Source: Chiloscyllium plagiosum
Lineage: Eukaryota
Assembly: GCF_004010195.1 (NCBI RefSeq)
Contig: NC_057711.1
Location: forward strand, 124,341,782-124,405,781
DNA: 64,000 nucleotides
Reading direction: 5' to 3'
Shown in pieces: positions 13,801 through 26,370 of the stretch. Within the stretch, counting starts at the first letter, position 1; the number at the start of each line of letters is the position of its first letter. The notes under the pieces are model-generated. The model was not told the origin of the DNA. It was given only the letters and a program-made list of their open reading frames with translations, and did not search any database. Both the position numbers and the translations under genes were made by a program.

Positions 13801-13840
13801 CCTCGGGTGGGCAGAGTTAATGTCACTTTGATGGATGAAA

Positions 13841-14071
13841 TTAAAAATCACACAACACCAGGTTACAGTCCAACAGGTTTATTTGGAAGTACTAGCTTTT
13901 GGAGGTCTGCTCCTTTATCAGGTAGCTGTGGAGCAGAATCAGCTACCTGTTGAAGAAACAGCTCTCCAAAGGTTAATCTTTCTAAATAAACCTGTTGGAC
14001 TGTAACCTAGAGTTGTGTGATTTTTTAACTTTGTCCACCCCAGTCCAGCACCTCATCCTCCACATCATCAC
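13841..14071 (+). mobile_element. Penelope-derived palindromic mini-element, family B
   Basis: Inverted arms of about 90 bp; 13-bp TSD TTGATGGATGAAA at 13828-13840 and 14072-14084. Confidence 0.88.
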
Positions 14072-14679
14072 TTGATGGATGAAAGCACAGGGATGTCTGA
14101 TGGACATTAGGACATTGGAGAAAAAAATATATGAACTAAGTGGTTGCAAACTCCTGCTACATCTAATTTGTAATCATTTCATCATCAGTTTGCTCTGCTT
14201 GCAAAGTGAGGGTGTACAGATGCATTTCTATTAGCTCTTGCAACTTGACCATTGATGTCTCAATCATGCTGAAGTTAGCAACAGTGAGATGAAAAGAGCC
14301 CAGTGCTGGCTTAAGGTGATCCATTATTCGTGCAACTTCCAAGAGTGCTGAGGGAGGCAAGATCATCATTTATTATGAGTTAACGATGGGCTGTATTGCA
14401 TGCAATGCAAGGTTGCAGGAATGAGTTCAGTCTGGGATGTGATGAGAACGGTGTTGGAGTGCAGCATCAATTTAGCTGAGGCTGAAGCTGAATGAATGAT
14501 TGAGACTTGGCCCTCATCATTGGCCTGAAGTATATCTCACTGTTGTGGAGAAGTGGGCTCAGCTCTCACCTGCAGGATATGCCACTAATGACTTTTCTGA
14601 GACCTAAGAACGCCATTTTTTCTCCTTGTGAACCCAAAGTAGGCCATTGCCACCAAGAGTCCTGGCCCTAGCCACGAGT

Positions 14680-16565
14680 GGGATGTTATTGCTATGGCGA
14701 TCTTTCTAAAAAGGGGAAGGTGGATGTAGGAGGACCAGGATCAGCGACAAGCCTGGGAGTAGCAACAGGCCACTTTAGAGGATGAGGGGCACCCATCTCA
14801 AGGAAAGGTCACAGCAGCAGGACTCCTTAGGAACTTTGTATATGCAGGAGGCCCAGAGATGGCAGTGAGCAAGGTATTGAATTGAATTGAATTGAATTTA
14901 TTGTCACGTGTACCGAGGCACAGTGAAAAGCTATGTCTTGTGAGCAATGCCAGCAGATTACAGAGTTAAGTAGCATAGATAAGTAAATAATAGGTAAACA
15001 GCAGCAAAAACAAAAACACAGATACAGGTGAATGTTAAGAGTTTGTGAGACCATTCAGTATTCTAACAACAGTCGGGTAGAAACTGTTTTGAAACCAGCT
15101 GGTGCGTGTGTTCAGGCTTCTGTACCTTCTCCCTGATGGTAGAGGTTGTAGAAAAACATTGTCAGGGTGGGATGGATCTTTGAGAATGCTGGCGGCCTTT
15201 CCTTGACAGCGGGCCTGGTAGATGGATTCTATAAATGGGAGGTTGGTCTTTGTGATTGTCTAGGCCGAGTTCACCACTCTCTGTAACCATCTCCAATCTT
15301 GAATGGTACATATGCCACATTAGGTAGTGATACATCCAGACAGAATGCTCTCGATGGTACACCTACAAACATTGGCAAGGGTATTCGCCGTCATGCCAAA
15401 TTTCCTCAGCTGCCTGAGGAAGGAGAGACGTTGTTGGGCCTTTGTAACCAGTGTGTCCACATGAAGGATCCAAGAAAGCTTGTTGTGGATGACCACTACC
15501 AGGCGCTTGACACTCTCCACTCGTTCCACCATGAGTAACATTCCGCTGAACGTCAATAATGAGTTCCTTGGTTTTGCCAGCATTGAGAGCTAGGTTGTTC
15601 TCAGTGCATCATTTTTCCAGGTCTTTCACCTCCTGTCTGTAGTCTGTTTCACTGCCATCTGAGATTTGACTGACTACGGTGGTGTCATCAGCAAACTTGT
15701 AAATGGCATTAGTCTGGTATTTGGTGATGCAGTCACGGGTATACAATGAGAATAGTAGGGGGCTGAGTACGCACCCGTAGGGGACTCCAGTGTTGAGTGC
15801 TAGTGAGGATGAAATATTGTCCCCAATCTTCACTGATTGTGGCCTGTGGGTCAGGAAACTGAGGATTCAGTTGCAGAGAGTGGGGCTTAGTCCGAGATCA
15901 TTAAGTTCAGTAATCAGTCTCAAGGGGGTAATAGTGTGGACTATAGCCAATGAGTAGGATTCTTACGTAGCTGTTCTTGGTGTCAAGGTGTTCTCGGGAG
16001 GAGTGAATGGCAAGTGATATGACATCTGACATAGATCTGTTGGTTCGATAGGCAAATTGGAGTGGGTCAAGAGTAGTGAAGAGGCTGGAGTTGATTAATG
16101 CCATGGCCAGCCTTTCAAAGCATTTCATGACCACTGACCAACACAAGCTCTATTAATCTCTGGACACCATAATGGAACTATATCAACTGCTAGAACAGAT
16201 CGGAGTGCCACAGGAGTGGGAGATCATCCTCCCCTGGTGACTGTGAAAGTGAGAGCCACTTTGAATTTCCATGTGACTGGTTCCTTCCAGGGAGCAACGG
16301 GTGAACTGTGCGGGATCTCTAAATTGGGTACCCGCAAATACATGAGGACAGTGGCTGATGCCATCTGTGTAAGATCCCACCGATTCATTTGTCTGCCAAA
16401 ACGAGGTCAGTGCTGCAGCTTGGGCAGAAGGATTCAGGAACGTAGCTGGGATGGCCCAGGTGCAAGATGCCAATGTTTGAACACACATGACAGTGAGGAG
16501 ACTGTGTCATCGTGCTGCAGAATTCATCAGCAAGAAGGGCTTCCATTCGATGCAAGTACATGAGG
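14680..16565 (+). mobile_element. PIF/Harbinger (HARBI1-like) transposase relic, split by a Rex1/Babar insertion
   Basis: 16150-16562 encodes VTVKVRATLNFHVTGSFQGATGELCGIS, GFRNVAGMAQVQDA and FISKKGFHSMQV, matching Harbinger DDE transposase motifs; frameshifted; the part before 14872 is tentative. Confidence 0.8.
14873..16137 (-). mobile_element. Rex1/Babar-like LINE, 5'-truncated
   Basis: LDPLQFAYRTNRS, NTGVPYGCVLSPLLFSLYT, KFADDTTVV, KAQQRLSFLRQLRKFG; (TTCAA)n tail. Confidence 0.9.
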
Positions 16566-16714
16566 AAAATTAAGGGGGAATTGTTAGATATATGAGAGAG
16601 CTGGTTATTATGCAGTTTCAGAATCTGACAGGAGCCAGGCAGGTTGCACTTTCTGATTGTGTATGTTCTTAATACGCAGCTTGCTGCTTGCTCTGTTGTC
16701 ATTTCCACCCCTTT

Positions 16715-18298
16715 CCTATGTCTTGAAATGTATAAAAGTGGATAAATCCCCTGGACCTGATCAGGTCTATGAGGTGTACTCCAGAACTCTGTGGGAAGAG
16801 AGTGAAGTGATTGCTGGGCCCCTTGCTGAGATATTTGTATCATCAATACGTACAGGTGAGGTGCCGAAAGACTGGAGGTTAGCTAATGTGGTGCCACAAT
16901 TTAATAAAGGTGGTAAGGAAAAGTCATGGAACTATAAACCGGTGAGCCTGACATCGGTGGTGGGCAAGTTGTTGGAGGGAATCCTGAGGGACAGGATGCA
17001 CATGTATTTGGAAAGGCAATGACTGATTAGGGATAGTCAACATGGCTTTGTGCGTGGGAAATAATGTCTCACAAACTTGATTGAGTTTTTTGAAGAAGTA
17101 ACAAAGAAGATTGATGAGGGCAGAGTAGTAGATGTGATCTATATGGACTTCAATAAGGAGTTCGACAAGGTTCCCCATGGGAGACTGGTTAGCAAGGTTA
17201 GGTCTAATGGAATACAGGGAGAACTATCCATTTGAATATAGGGCTGGCTTGAAGGTAGAAGACAGAGGGTGGTGGTGGAGGGTAGTTTTTCAGACTGGAG
17301 GTCTGTGACCAGTGGAGTACCAAGGGATTGGTGCTTGGTCCACTTCTTTTCGTCATTTATGTCAATAATTTGGATGTGAACATAGGAGGTATAATGATGC
17401 CAAAATTGGAGGTGTAATAGACAGCAAAGAAGGTTATCTCAGAGTACAATGGGATCTTGATCAGATGGGCCAATGGGCTGAGGAGTGGCAGACGGAGTTT
17501 AATTTAAATGATTGCGAGGTGTTGCCTTTTGGAAAATCAATCAGAGCAGGACTTACACACTTAATCGTAAAGTCCTGGGGATTGTTGATGAACAAAGAGA
17601 ACTTGGATTGCAGGTTCATAGTTCTTTGAAAGTAGAGTCAAATAGATAGGATAGTGAAGAAGGCTTTTGGTATGCTTTCCATTATTGGTCAGAGCATTGA
17701 GTACAGGAGTTGGGAGGTCATGTTGCAGTTGTACAGGACATTGGTTAGGCCATTTTGGGAATATTGCATTCAGTTCTGGTCTCCTTCCTATTGGAAGGAT
17801 GTTGTGAAACTTGAAAGGGTTTGGAAAAGATTTACAAGGATGTTGCCAGGGTTGGAAGGTTTGACCTATAGGGAGAGGCTGAATAGGCTGGGACTGTTTT
17901 CCCTGGAACATCAGAGGCTGAGGGGTGACCTTATGGAGGTTAATAAAATCATGAGGAACATGGATAGGATAAATAGACGAGGTCTTTTCCCTGGGGTGGG
18001 AGAGTTCAGAACTAGAGGGCATAAGTTTAGGGTGAGAAGGGAAAGTTGTAAAGGGGACCTAAGGGGTAACGTTTTCACACCGAAGGTAGTGAGTGTATGG
18101 AATGAATTACCAGAGGAAGTAGTGGTAGCTGGTACAATTACAGAATTTAAAAGGCATCTGGATGGACATATGAATAGGAAGTGTTCAGAGGGATATGGCC
18201 AAGTGCTGGCAAATGGAACTAGATTAGGTTAGGGATCTGGTTGGCATGGATGAGTTGGACCGAAGGGTCTGTTTCCATGCTGTACATCTCTATGACTG
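16715..18298 (+). mobile_element. CR1/HER1-like LINE, RT domain to 3' end
   Basis: KSPGPDQVY, DWRLANVVP, QHGFV, YMDF.K.FDKVPH, LYRTLVRP, TRGHKFRV; ctctatgact tail; several stops. Confidence 0.95.
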
Positions 18299-19582
18299 TA
18301 TGCGCCTGCTCCTGTATTCTCAAATTCAATTGGTCAAACATATATGAGCTGTGTCCAAAGGGTAAAAAAGTTGGATGCTCTTCATGTCCTATTATACTAT
18401 ATGAAAATCCCTTGCCAAAGCATCCATTCAGGATCTATTTTAAAAATTGTAAAAATGCTCTACACTCATCTGAACATGGAGGAGCTATCCGATTATGGAT
18501 AATATAGGTGCAATCTGTATTCTTTGAGTTGCACTGTTAATGATAATACTGAAATCTCTATTTTTACACCCTTGTAACATGTAAGGAATCAACTTTGTAA
18601 TAATTTCAAGGCATGATAACTGCTTAGTGCCTCTCAATGACAGGCTTCTGATGAATTATATGGTAGCCTATGGTACTATTTGCTGGATGATCCAGCTCAG
18701 GCTCTGTGCATCAGTTTGGGAAAACCCACACAGAAGTCAGCCTTTGAAAGGAATGTAGTGGATTCAGCTACAAAACCATTCACTGTCTGCATTTTGTATA
18801 ATTTGCTGCTCCCTTTGGCATAATTACTTAAACAACCATCGGCAGAAGTTTTATTCAACATATTAGAAAATTAGGTGACATTATCACCCATAAAAAATGC
18901 CTTTCTCATCAGGAGAATACATCCTAAGGATTTTGTAACAGACCATTTATTTCTTATTTCTTATCTATAAACACCCTAAGAGAAGCACAGGATTCATTAT
19001 GTGTTTCAAAAATGCAGTTCTTCTGATTTATAAAACATTTTGAACTGAATTCAAAATCGCAATGCAATTGGAAAAAAAGAGAACATTTTGAACACGTGGG
19101 ACATTCTGAAGCTTTTTTTTCATTTCTAATGAATTATTTTAACTGTGCAATCATAATATTTTAAACAAATCTGACAGCCAGTTATACATTTCTACAAAAA
19201 GTAAATGAGGTAAATAATTAGGAAGGAAGTAGTATGATGCATTCTTGGCTGTTGGCCAAATAGTCCCCCCATCATTGATAATATATCTTATATTGAACTG
19301 AGGATAAAGCAACAACCTTAGACTATATATAGTGCTGTGAGAATTCAAAGGGCAGAACTTAAGTTGCGGCCTGCTTTTAACACCTGCAAAACTAGAGGTA
19401 TCTACTATATCCACTCTCTTGCTTATTGCTGCTTCTCAGCCAATTTTAACTCAAACTTTCAAGTGTAGATATCGGGCAGGAATATTCACATGGTAGAAAA
19501 ATTGGCAAAACCTGCATTGCTGCTGCTTAATGGACAACGGTAAAGTCTTCTGAGCAAACAGCCAACATGTTCCTCCAGAACC

Positions 19583-19688
19583 TTCAGTTCCGAGGAAGGG
19601 TCACACCCCAAAATGTTAACTTTGATTCCTCTCTACAGATGCTGCCAGACCTGTTGAGTTTTTCCAACAATTTCTGTTTTTGTTGCAA
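19583..19688 (+). mobile_element. Penelope-like 3' terminal fragment
   Basis: Degenerate hammerhead-like ccgaggaagggtcacaccccaaaatgtt followed by cagatgctgccagacctgttgagtttttccaac. Confidence 0.6.
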
Positions 19689-20104
19689 AGCTTTTCTGTG
19701 TTTCTCCACACCATCACATTCTTGTCAATTTTCTCTACAATATGATGATCCTCAGAAATCTTTCTCCTCAAACGTACTCCCATTATTTCCCCCTCTTACT
19801 GGTGTTTCTTGAACTTATAACAACCCCCCCCCCCCTCCCCACCCCCACCATTTCCTCCCCATCAACTCAAAGACAATCCCTTGGAAGTGAACGGTTGAGA
19901 TGACAGTGTTACTGGAGAGTAATTCCTTGGTTCAGCAATGCATTTTCTCAAGCTCCCAATCAAGCTGCTATGGAAAAGCAGGAGGTGCGGTTTCTTATGG
20001 ATGGAATCATAATGCTCTCCTGTCTGACCCGGACAGAGGCGGCAGCCATAGAGTCCTTAAACCAACATAGGCCAATGAAGGAAGCATAACACCGTATGTA
20101 AGTT

Positions 20105-21555
20105 CAAACATATAATTCAGGAACAGGATTGGGCTATTCGATCTCTCAGGTCTGTTCCACCATTCAATAAGATCTGAATGCAACCTCAGACTACATTCTC
20201 ACGTATCTAATTACCTTTAACCTCCTTGCTTAACCCATGCTTTTAGATTAAAAAATAATTCTACTTCCAACACCATTTTGGGAAGAGAGCACTAAAGACT
20301 CTCAATGCTCTGAGAGAAAATAATTTGCCTGATCTCTGATTTAAATGAGTTACTCCTGATTTTTAAAACTTGACTGCTAGTTCTACATTTTCCTATAACA
20401 TCCTCTCCAGATCTACTTGTCATGACCTATTATGTATGTTTGTATCAAGTGACCCCTTACTTTTCTCAATGCCAGTACTATTCTGTCCAACTTTTTCCCA
20501 AAAGACAACTGCTCATTCCAGGTACTCATCCAGTAAATACTTACTGAATTACCTCCGGTGCATTTACATCCATGCTTTAATAAGGTGACCAATACTGCGT
20601 AGAGTATTCCAGATGTGGTCTCACCAATACCCTATATAACTGAAGCATAATCTCTCTACTATTGAGTTGTGTCACGATAAATGAGAATATTCTATTAGCT
20701 TTCCAAATAATGTGCTGCATCTGTACGTCAAGCTTATGTGATTCATACACAAAGGCCTTTAGATCCCTCTATATCTCAGAGCTTTGTAACCTCTCACCAT
20801 TAAGGTAATATACTTTTATTATTTTTCCTGCCAAAGTGGACAAATTTTCACACATTTTACTCCAGTTGCCCCATCTTTGCATATTGACTTAATCTATCCA
20901 TATCTTTTTGTAAACTCTTTGCATCCTCTCACAACGTACTTACCAAATTATAAGTGTGTCATCAGCAAGTTTGGCAACCATAATGTCCACCTCTTTATCC
21001 ACATCATTTTTATAAATTGTAAACAGTTGAGATCTCAGCACCAATCCCTATGACACATCATATGTTACATCTTCCCAACCTGCTAAAGATCCATTTACAA
21101 TTCCTCTCAGCTTATTGTTAGCCAGACAGGCATTGTTCTAATTATCTACGCCAAATTGTTTCCCCCATACTCTCAGCTTTTATTTTCTGCAATAATTTTT
21201 AATGTCGCCCCTTATCAAATGCCTTTTGGAAAGCTAAATACATCACATCCAGCAATTGCATTTTATCTACCTTATGTGTTGCCTCCTCAAAATATTCCAA
21301 TAGATTGGTCAAACATGATTCCTCTTTTATAAAATCAAGTTGAATCTGCATGACTGTCTTGAATTTACACTAATGTGCTTCTAGTATTTCTTTAATAATT
21401 TCTTTAATAATAGCTTCTAACATTACCCTATGACCGATGTTAAGCCAACTGACCTGTAGTTTACTGCTTTCTGTCTCCCTCTGTTTTTGAATAAAGGAGT
21501 CACATTCACTATTTTCAATCTCAGGATACTATCACCAAATCAAGAGAGTTTTGGA
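20105..21555 (-). mobile_element. Decayed CR1 LINE
   Basis: Antisense RT motifs (F.KAFDK, LVRPHLEYS) and CR1 3' UTR. Confidence 0.8.
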
Positions 21556-21674
21556 CGGAGCGAGAGAGACAGAGAGAGAGCGTGCGAGAGAGAGAAACAG
21601 CGAGAGGGAGGGAGGGAATGACAGAGAGCAAGAGAGTCAGACAGAGGGATAGGGAGGACCAGAGAGAGAGAGAC
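21556..21674. repeat. Imperfect (GA)n / purine microsatellite
   Basis: gagcgagagagacagagagagag... run. Confidence 0.9.
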
Positions 21675-21679
21675 TTAAA

Positions 21680-23460
21680 GTGATATTTTCCATCAGCTTT
21701 TATAGTGGAAGATACTATGAACATTACATTTACACTCAAGAAAATGGGAGATGAATTAAGTGCTATCTCTATCACTACAAAAGAAGTATTAGACAAACTC
21801 AGGGGACTAAAGATAGATAAGTCCCTAATCCTGATGACTTGCATTCTAGGATCCTAAAAGAGGCAGCTACAGAGATAGTGGATGCATTGGTGGTAATTTT
21901 CCAAAAGAAAATCCTTGCATTATGGAGAAATACTATATCCAAAAAGGGATAGAGCTAAATAAAAGGGTTTTTATTTTAGCTGATTATCCTAACATTGAGT
22001 GTTGGAATGAATTATAGAGAAAGCAATAGCTGCACATTTGAAAAATAATAATCTAATCAAACAGAGGCAGCGTGGTTTCATGAAATCATGCCTGACCAAT
22101 TTATTAGGTTTTTTTTCGGAAATCTCAACCATAGTGGACCAGGGGCAGCTATAAATCTGTTGTATTTGAATTTCAAGAAGGCGGTTGAACAGGTACTTCA
22201 TGAAAGGTTAATTAATAAGATTCATTAAAGGTAGCATTTTAGTTTGAGTAGAGAATTGACTAATGGACAAGAAACAGCAAGTGGGGATACAGGGACATTT
22301 TTCAGGTTGGCAACCTGTAACTAATGGGGTTCCATAGGGAAGAACTCTAAGATTGCAACTATCTGCAACATATAGTTGATGACTTAGAAGAAGGAAATGA
22401 ATATTGTTATGACACATGGTAAACCCTCCTGCTTAATTTAAACCAGCAACACAGAAAAGATTTATCCCGTGCAGTAATCTGTGAAGATTCAAGAGGCCAA
22501 GAACTATTTAAAGTAAAAATTAACAACTTTATTTCTTAAAGTATAACAGAGAATAATTAACAAACAACTATTTACAACTCTTCCCTTGAACCTATCTTTT
22601 ACCTTCCCCTCCAACAATACTAATCTGATAAAACTCTTGATTAAGAATTACAAAACAAAACTTCTTATCTCAAAACCAGGCAGATTTCAGTTGCCTCTGT
22701 ATTCCTGTCTTCTTTTCTTCTTCTTAGGGATTCTGCTTCACAGGTTACTGATCGATAAAGGTACCTTTAAGAGAGCTATTCTTTTGGCAGTTTGCAGATG
22801 TTGTTGTCTTGGCAGTTCTCCTCCCAACTGTTAAATGTTTTCCAGTCTTTTATGCCCAAAGCATTGGATTGTCTCATTGGCTTTTAATATTGTCAGTATT
22901 CTAAATTCAACATGGATTAGAGTTTAGTTTTTTTGGGGGTATAATTTAAACTGATTGGCCTAATTCAAATCTGTTTTTGTCTCCAGGAAACCGACTACCC
23001 TAAGCTACCCCAATAGCTGGAGCACATGTTACATGTTACACTTGGCGCTGTCACGACTAGCTTTTAACTTCCATAAAGGTATCATACACCCCACATCTTC
23101 ATTACAATGTACCATAGCCAAATTTACAGGCAACATATAAATAAATTGAAAGACTAGATGTAAAGGGCTGGAGTTTATAAGAGAGATATAAGAAATAGCA
23201 AGGAAAGACCAGAACATTAAGGAACAAATAATTAGAGGGCAAGGGTAAGTTAGCCAGAACATATAAAAATATAAAGAGTTTTGATAATTATTTAAACAAG
23301 AAAAGAGTGTTTAAAAAAGATGCTTTGATAATATAGAAAGTTGGGCTGGTGAACTGAAAATAAAATGAGATGGCAGGTGATTAGAACAGGTATTTTCCTC
23401 AGTCTTCATGATAATGGATACAATAACATCCCAAAAGCATCATTTAATCAAGAAATGGAA
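21680..23460 (+). mobile_element. Decayed CR1 LINE fragments, interrupted by a solo LTR
   Basis: LKIDKS, ILKEAATEIVDALVVIFQ, SCLTNLL motifs; gaaggaaatgaAT(A/G)T|accatagccaaattt rejoins across the LTR. Confidence 0.75.
22405..23106 (-). mobile_element. Solo LTR (same family as 25672-26370)
   Basis: Reverse-complement homology along its length to 25672-26370; TG..CA ends; TSD atat/atgt. Confidence 0.85.
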
Positions 23461-23461
23461 G

Positions 23462-23945
23462 ACCATAAGACCATAAAAAACAGGAACAGAAGATGGTCAT
23501 TTGGCCCCTCTCTTCTACAATCAATAAGATCATGGATGAGCCAACATTCCTCAAGTCAGCCTTCTTGCATTTTCCCATAACATTTGATTCCTTTACTGAT
23601 CGAGAATCAATTTATCTCAGCTCTAGATATACACAGGATTCTGCCTCTACAGCTCTACGTGGCAAAGAGCCAAGAGCCTCATCTCAGTCTCAAGTCGGTA
23701 CTCCTTTATTCCAAGACTATGCCCTCTGATCCTAGAGTCTCCCATGAGGGCAACATTCTCAGCAATTATCTGCTAAATGCTTTAAGAATGGTATCTTATT
23801 TCAATGAGATCACCTCTCACTCTTCAAAACTCCAGTGAGTAGAGACCCAACCTATTTAGCTTTTGCTCATTAGACAATCTTGTCATCCTGGGAGTGGGGG
23901 TGGGGGGTCATCCAAATGAACCTCCTCTGAACTGCCTCCAATGTT
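23462..23945 (-). mobile_element. CR1 LINE 3' end
   Basis: accataagaccata tail in antisense, TLGSEG and LYSLEF motifs. Confidence 0.75.
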
Positions 23946-24199
23946 ACAGAGAACTGTGTCAATCTCCCTCAGAGTTCCAGAAATCAAACTGTTGACCTCC
24001 AACACAACTTTAGGAAGTTTATGGATGTGTGGCACATTTCTGCTGTCTCATTGTTGCTAGAGTCCACCAGATACTTTATAAAGGTCAAAGAAGGGACACT
24101 GGAAATTTTGGACAATTGTGCTGACAACGAGAGAGGGTTCATACAATTGCACTTTACCAATGTTGAAATGTCATTCAACACCATCTTTCAAACAATCAA

Positions 24200-24485
24200 C
24201 TTCTGCTACTTTGAAGGTCAAAGGAAACAGATGTTCGGGAATACCACCACCCACATGTTCTTCCAGGTCACACACCACCCTGATGTGGAACTTCATCACC
24301 ATAATATCCACTGTTACTGTGTCAAAAATTTGAAAATCCCTTCCTAACAGCAGTGTGGCTGCACCCACATGAATAGTTGCTCTAAGTTAAGAAGGTAGTT
24401 CACCAGCACTTTCTCAAATGCAATTAGAGATATGCAACAGATGTTGGTCTTGACAGTGATGCTCATAGCCTATGGCCAGATAATT
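24200..24485 (+). mobile_element. 3' end of Crack-like LINE
   Basis: gggaataccaccacc..ttccaggtcacacaccaccctga..caccagcactttctcaaatgcaattag, homologous to 4600-4710. Confidence 0.65.
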
Positions 24486-25234
24486 AAACTAAAGGTTCTT
24501 GTCTTTGATTAGGATTTGGTCTAATAAATCACTTGTTTTCTTACTGTTGAGCGGGTTATCACTGTAGCTATAGCAATACTAAGGGGAATTTTTACACTGT
24601 AATTATATACCACCCTTGATGGCATAATTATTCTGACTAAAGGCACCTCCTTGATGCTGTCTCAAACCACAAGATCAATCCTTCCTTAATCCTAAGTACA
24701 AAGTTCACGTTACTATGGCAACATAGCTAACTCTGGTGGTTGCTTGTTTTTTCTAATTTCTGATTATGTTTTTTTTATTTTACATAATTATCCATTACCT
24801 TTTTATTTTTAATCAACCCACTTCTGCAATGATCCCTTCACAAATGTTCTACAAACCTGAAAGGCAGAGCAGCCTCTTAGGATAATAAAAACTAAAATAA
24901 AACTTGTTCATTTATTTCATTTTATGCATAAATATTGAAGACAGTCTTGAAATACTAAAATGTTATTCGAACAAATACATATTTTTGAAATTTAAACTGC
25001 TCTTTCTAATCAGCAACTTGAGAATATACTGACAGAACCAAGTTGGCCAACACTGACAAGATGTTTGAATGCTAACATCCTGCTCCCAGTGCAGTGAATT
25101 ATTCTCAAATTAATCCTGGGCCATGCCAAGACAGGCAAATTGATCTTGATCCAATCTGATCCAAGTCTCCAATTTTCTTTAAACCACCAGCTATCCTGCT
25201 GTGCCCTAATAAAAGGTATTGATAAAACATAAAG

Positions 25235-25375
25235 TCTCCATAATCCTACTGAACCATTGGGCTGCTCCCTCATTAGAGCAAAACTGACGGTGGTTTAACC
25301 TGAGGGCCACCATGCCTCAGGCAAGGGGAGTCTCCTTGATAAGGAGATTCCTGCATGGAAACCTCAGCTGACGTC
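25235..25375 (-). mobile_element. tRNA-derived SINE, second family (partial)
   Basis: ctcattagag..ggtggtttaacctgagggccaccatgcctcaggc matches 8915-8970. Confidence 0.6.
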
Positions 25376-25671
25376 AAAAGTAGTATGTTTTTTTATTTCA
25401 TTTCCTCTAGCTATTGCAATAATAAGTTAATTGCAATTGTTTGAAACAGTTTGAACTATTACCAACATTGTAGGTGACTTGGATGTATTTTAAGTTTATG
25501 TACCGAATATTAACAAAGTGATTAAGTGACTTACATTTATCAATCTTGACTGCAATCATTAAACAGAGGGCAGCATTATCACAATTAGACCGGTCAGGAT
25601 TTGAACTCACATTTCATTCAGGTAAAGGAACAAAGTATTAATCCACCCTGTTCTCACTTTACTTTCAATTA

Positions 25672-26370
25672 TGTTATGAAGGTGTAAGGGGTACTGTACC
25701 TTTAAGAGAGTTAAAAGCTAGCAGAACTAGCACCAAGTGTTCTGAACAAGGTAACAATGTAACATTTTGTCGAACAGCTAAATTAGCTGGGTTGCCTGGA
25801 GACAAAAAAAAACTTAAATTCAGCCAATCAGTTTAAATTATGCCCCAAAATACCAAACTCCAATCAAGTTTGAATTTGATATTTTGACAATATTAAAACA
25901 ATGAAACAATCCAATGTGTTGGGGTATAAGACAAGAGAAAATTGAACAGTTGGGGGAGAACTGCCAAACCACCAGCATATACAGACTGCCCAAAAATAGC
26001 TCTCTTAAAGATACCTTTATCTATCAGCGACCTGTGAAACATAATTCCTTAGAAGAAGAAAAGAAGTCAGAGGAAGATGCAAACAGAAGATTTGACAGCT
26101 ACCTGGTTTTGAAATTTTAATGTTTTGGTAAATCTTTATTAATCAGACTAGTATCGGAGAGGGGAAGGTAAAAGATAGAGAAAAGATTCGCAAATAGTTG
26201 TTAATTAATTATTATCGTTTAGACTTAAAATAAAGGTGTTATTTTTTACTTTAAATAGTGACTTTGGGATAGTTCTTGGCCTCTCGAATTTTCACAGATT
26301 ACTGAATGGGATAAATCTTTTCTGTGTTGCTGGTTTAAATTAGCAGAGGGGTTTACCCTGTTTCATAACA
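25672..26370 (+). mobile_element. Solo LTR (699 bp), Gypsy or ERV type
   Basis: 9-bp terminal inverted repeat TGTTATGAA...TTCATAACA, exact 4-bp TSD ATTA, TATAA at about 25925, AATAAA at about 26229. Confidence 0.9.

Noticed and set aside
17654-18232. CR1 ORF as a functional gene (likewise 48555-49115)
   Set aside because: C-terminal fragment of a truncated LINE ORF2 with upstream stops
19824-19860. C-rich tract with G-quadruplex potential
   Set aside because: Ordinary low-complexity run with no supporting context
20105-22404. Single 5'-inverted (twin-primed) CR1
   Set aside because: The two oppositely oriented parts cover overlapping ORF2 regions and are separated by a microsatellite, so they are independent copies
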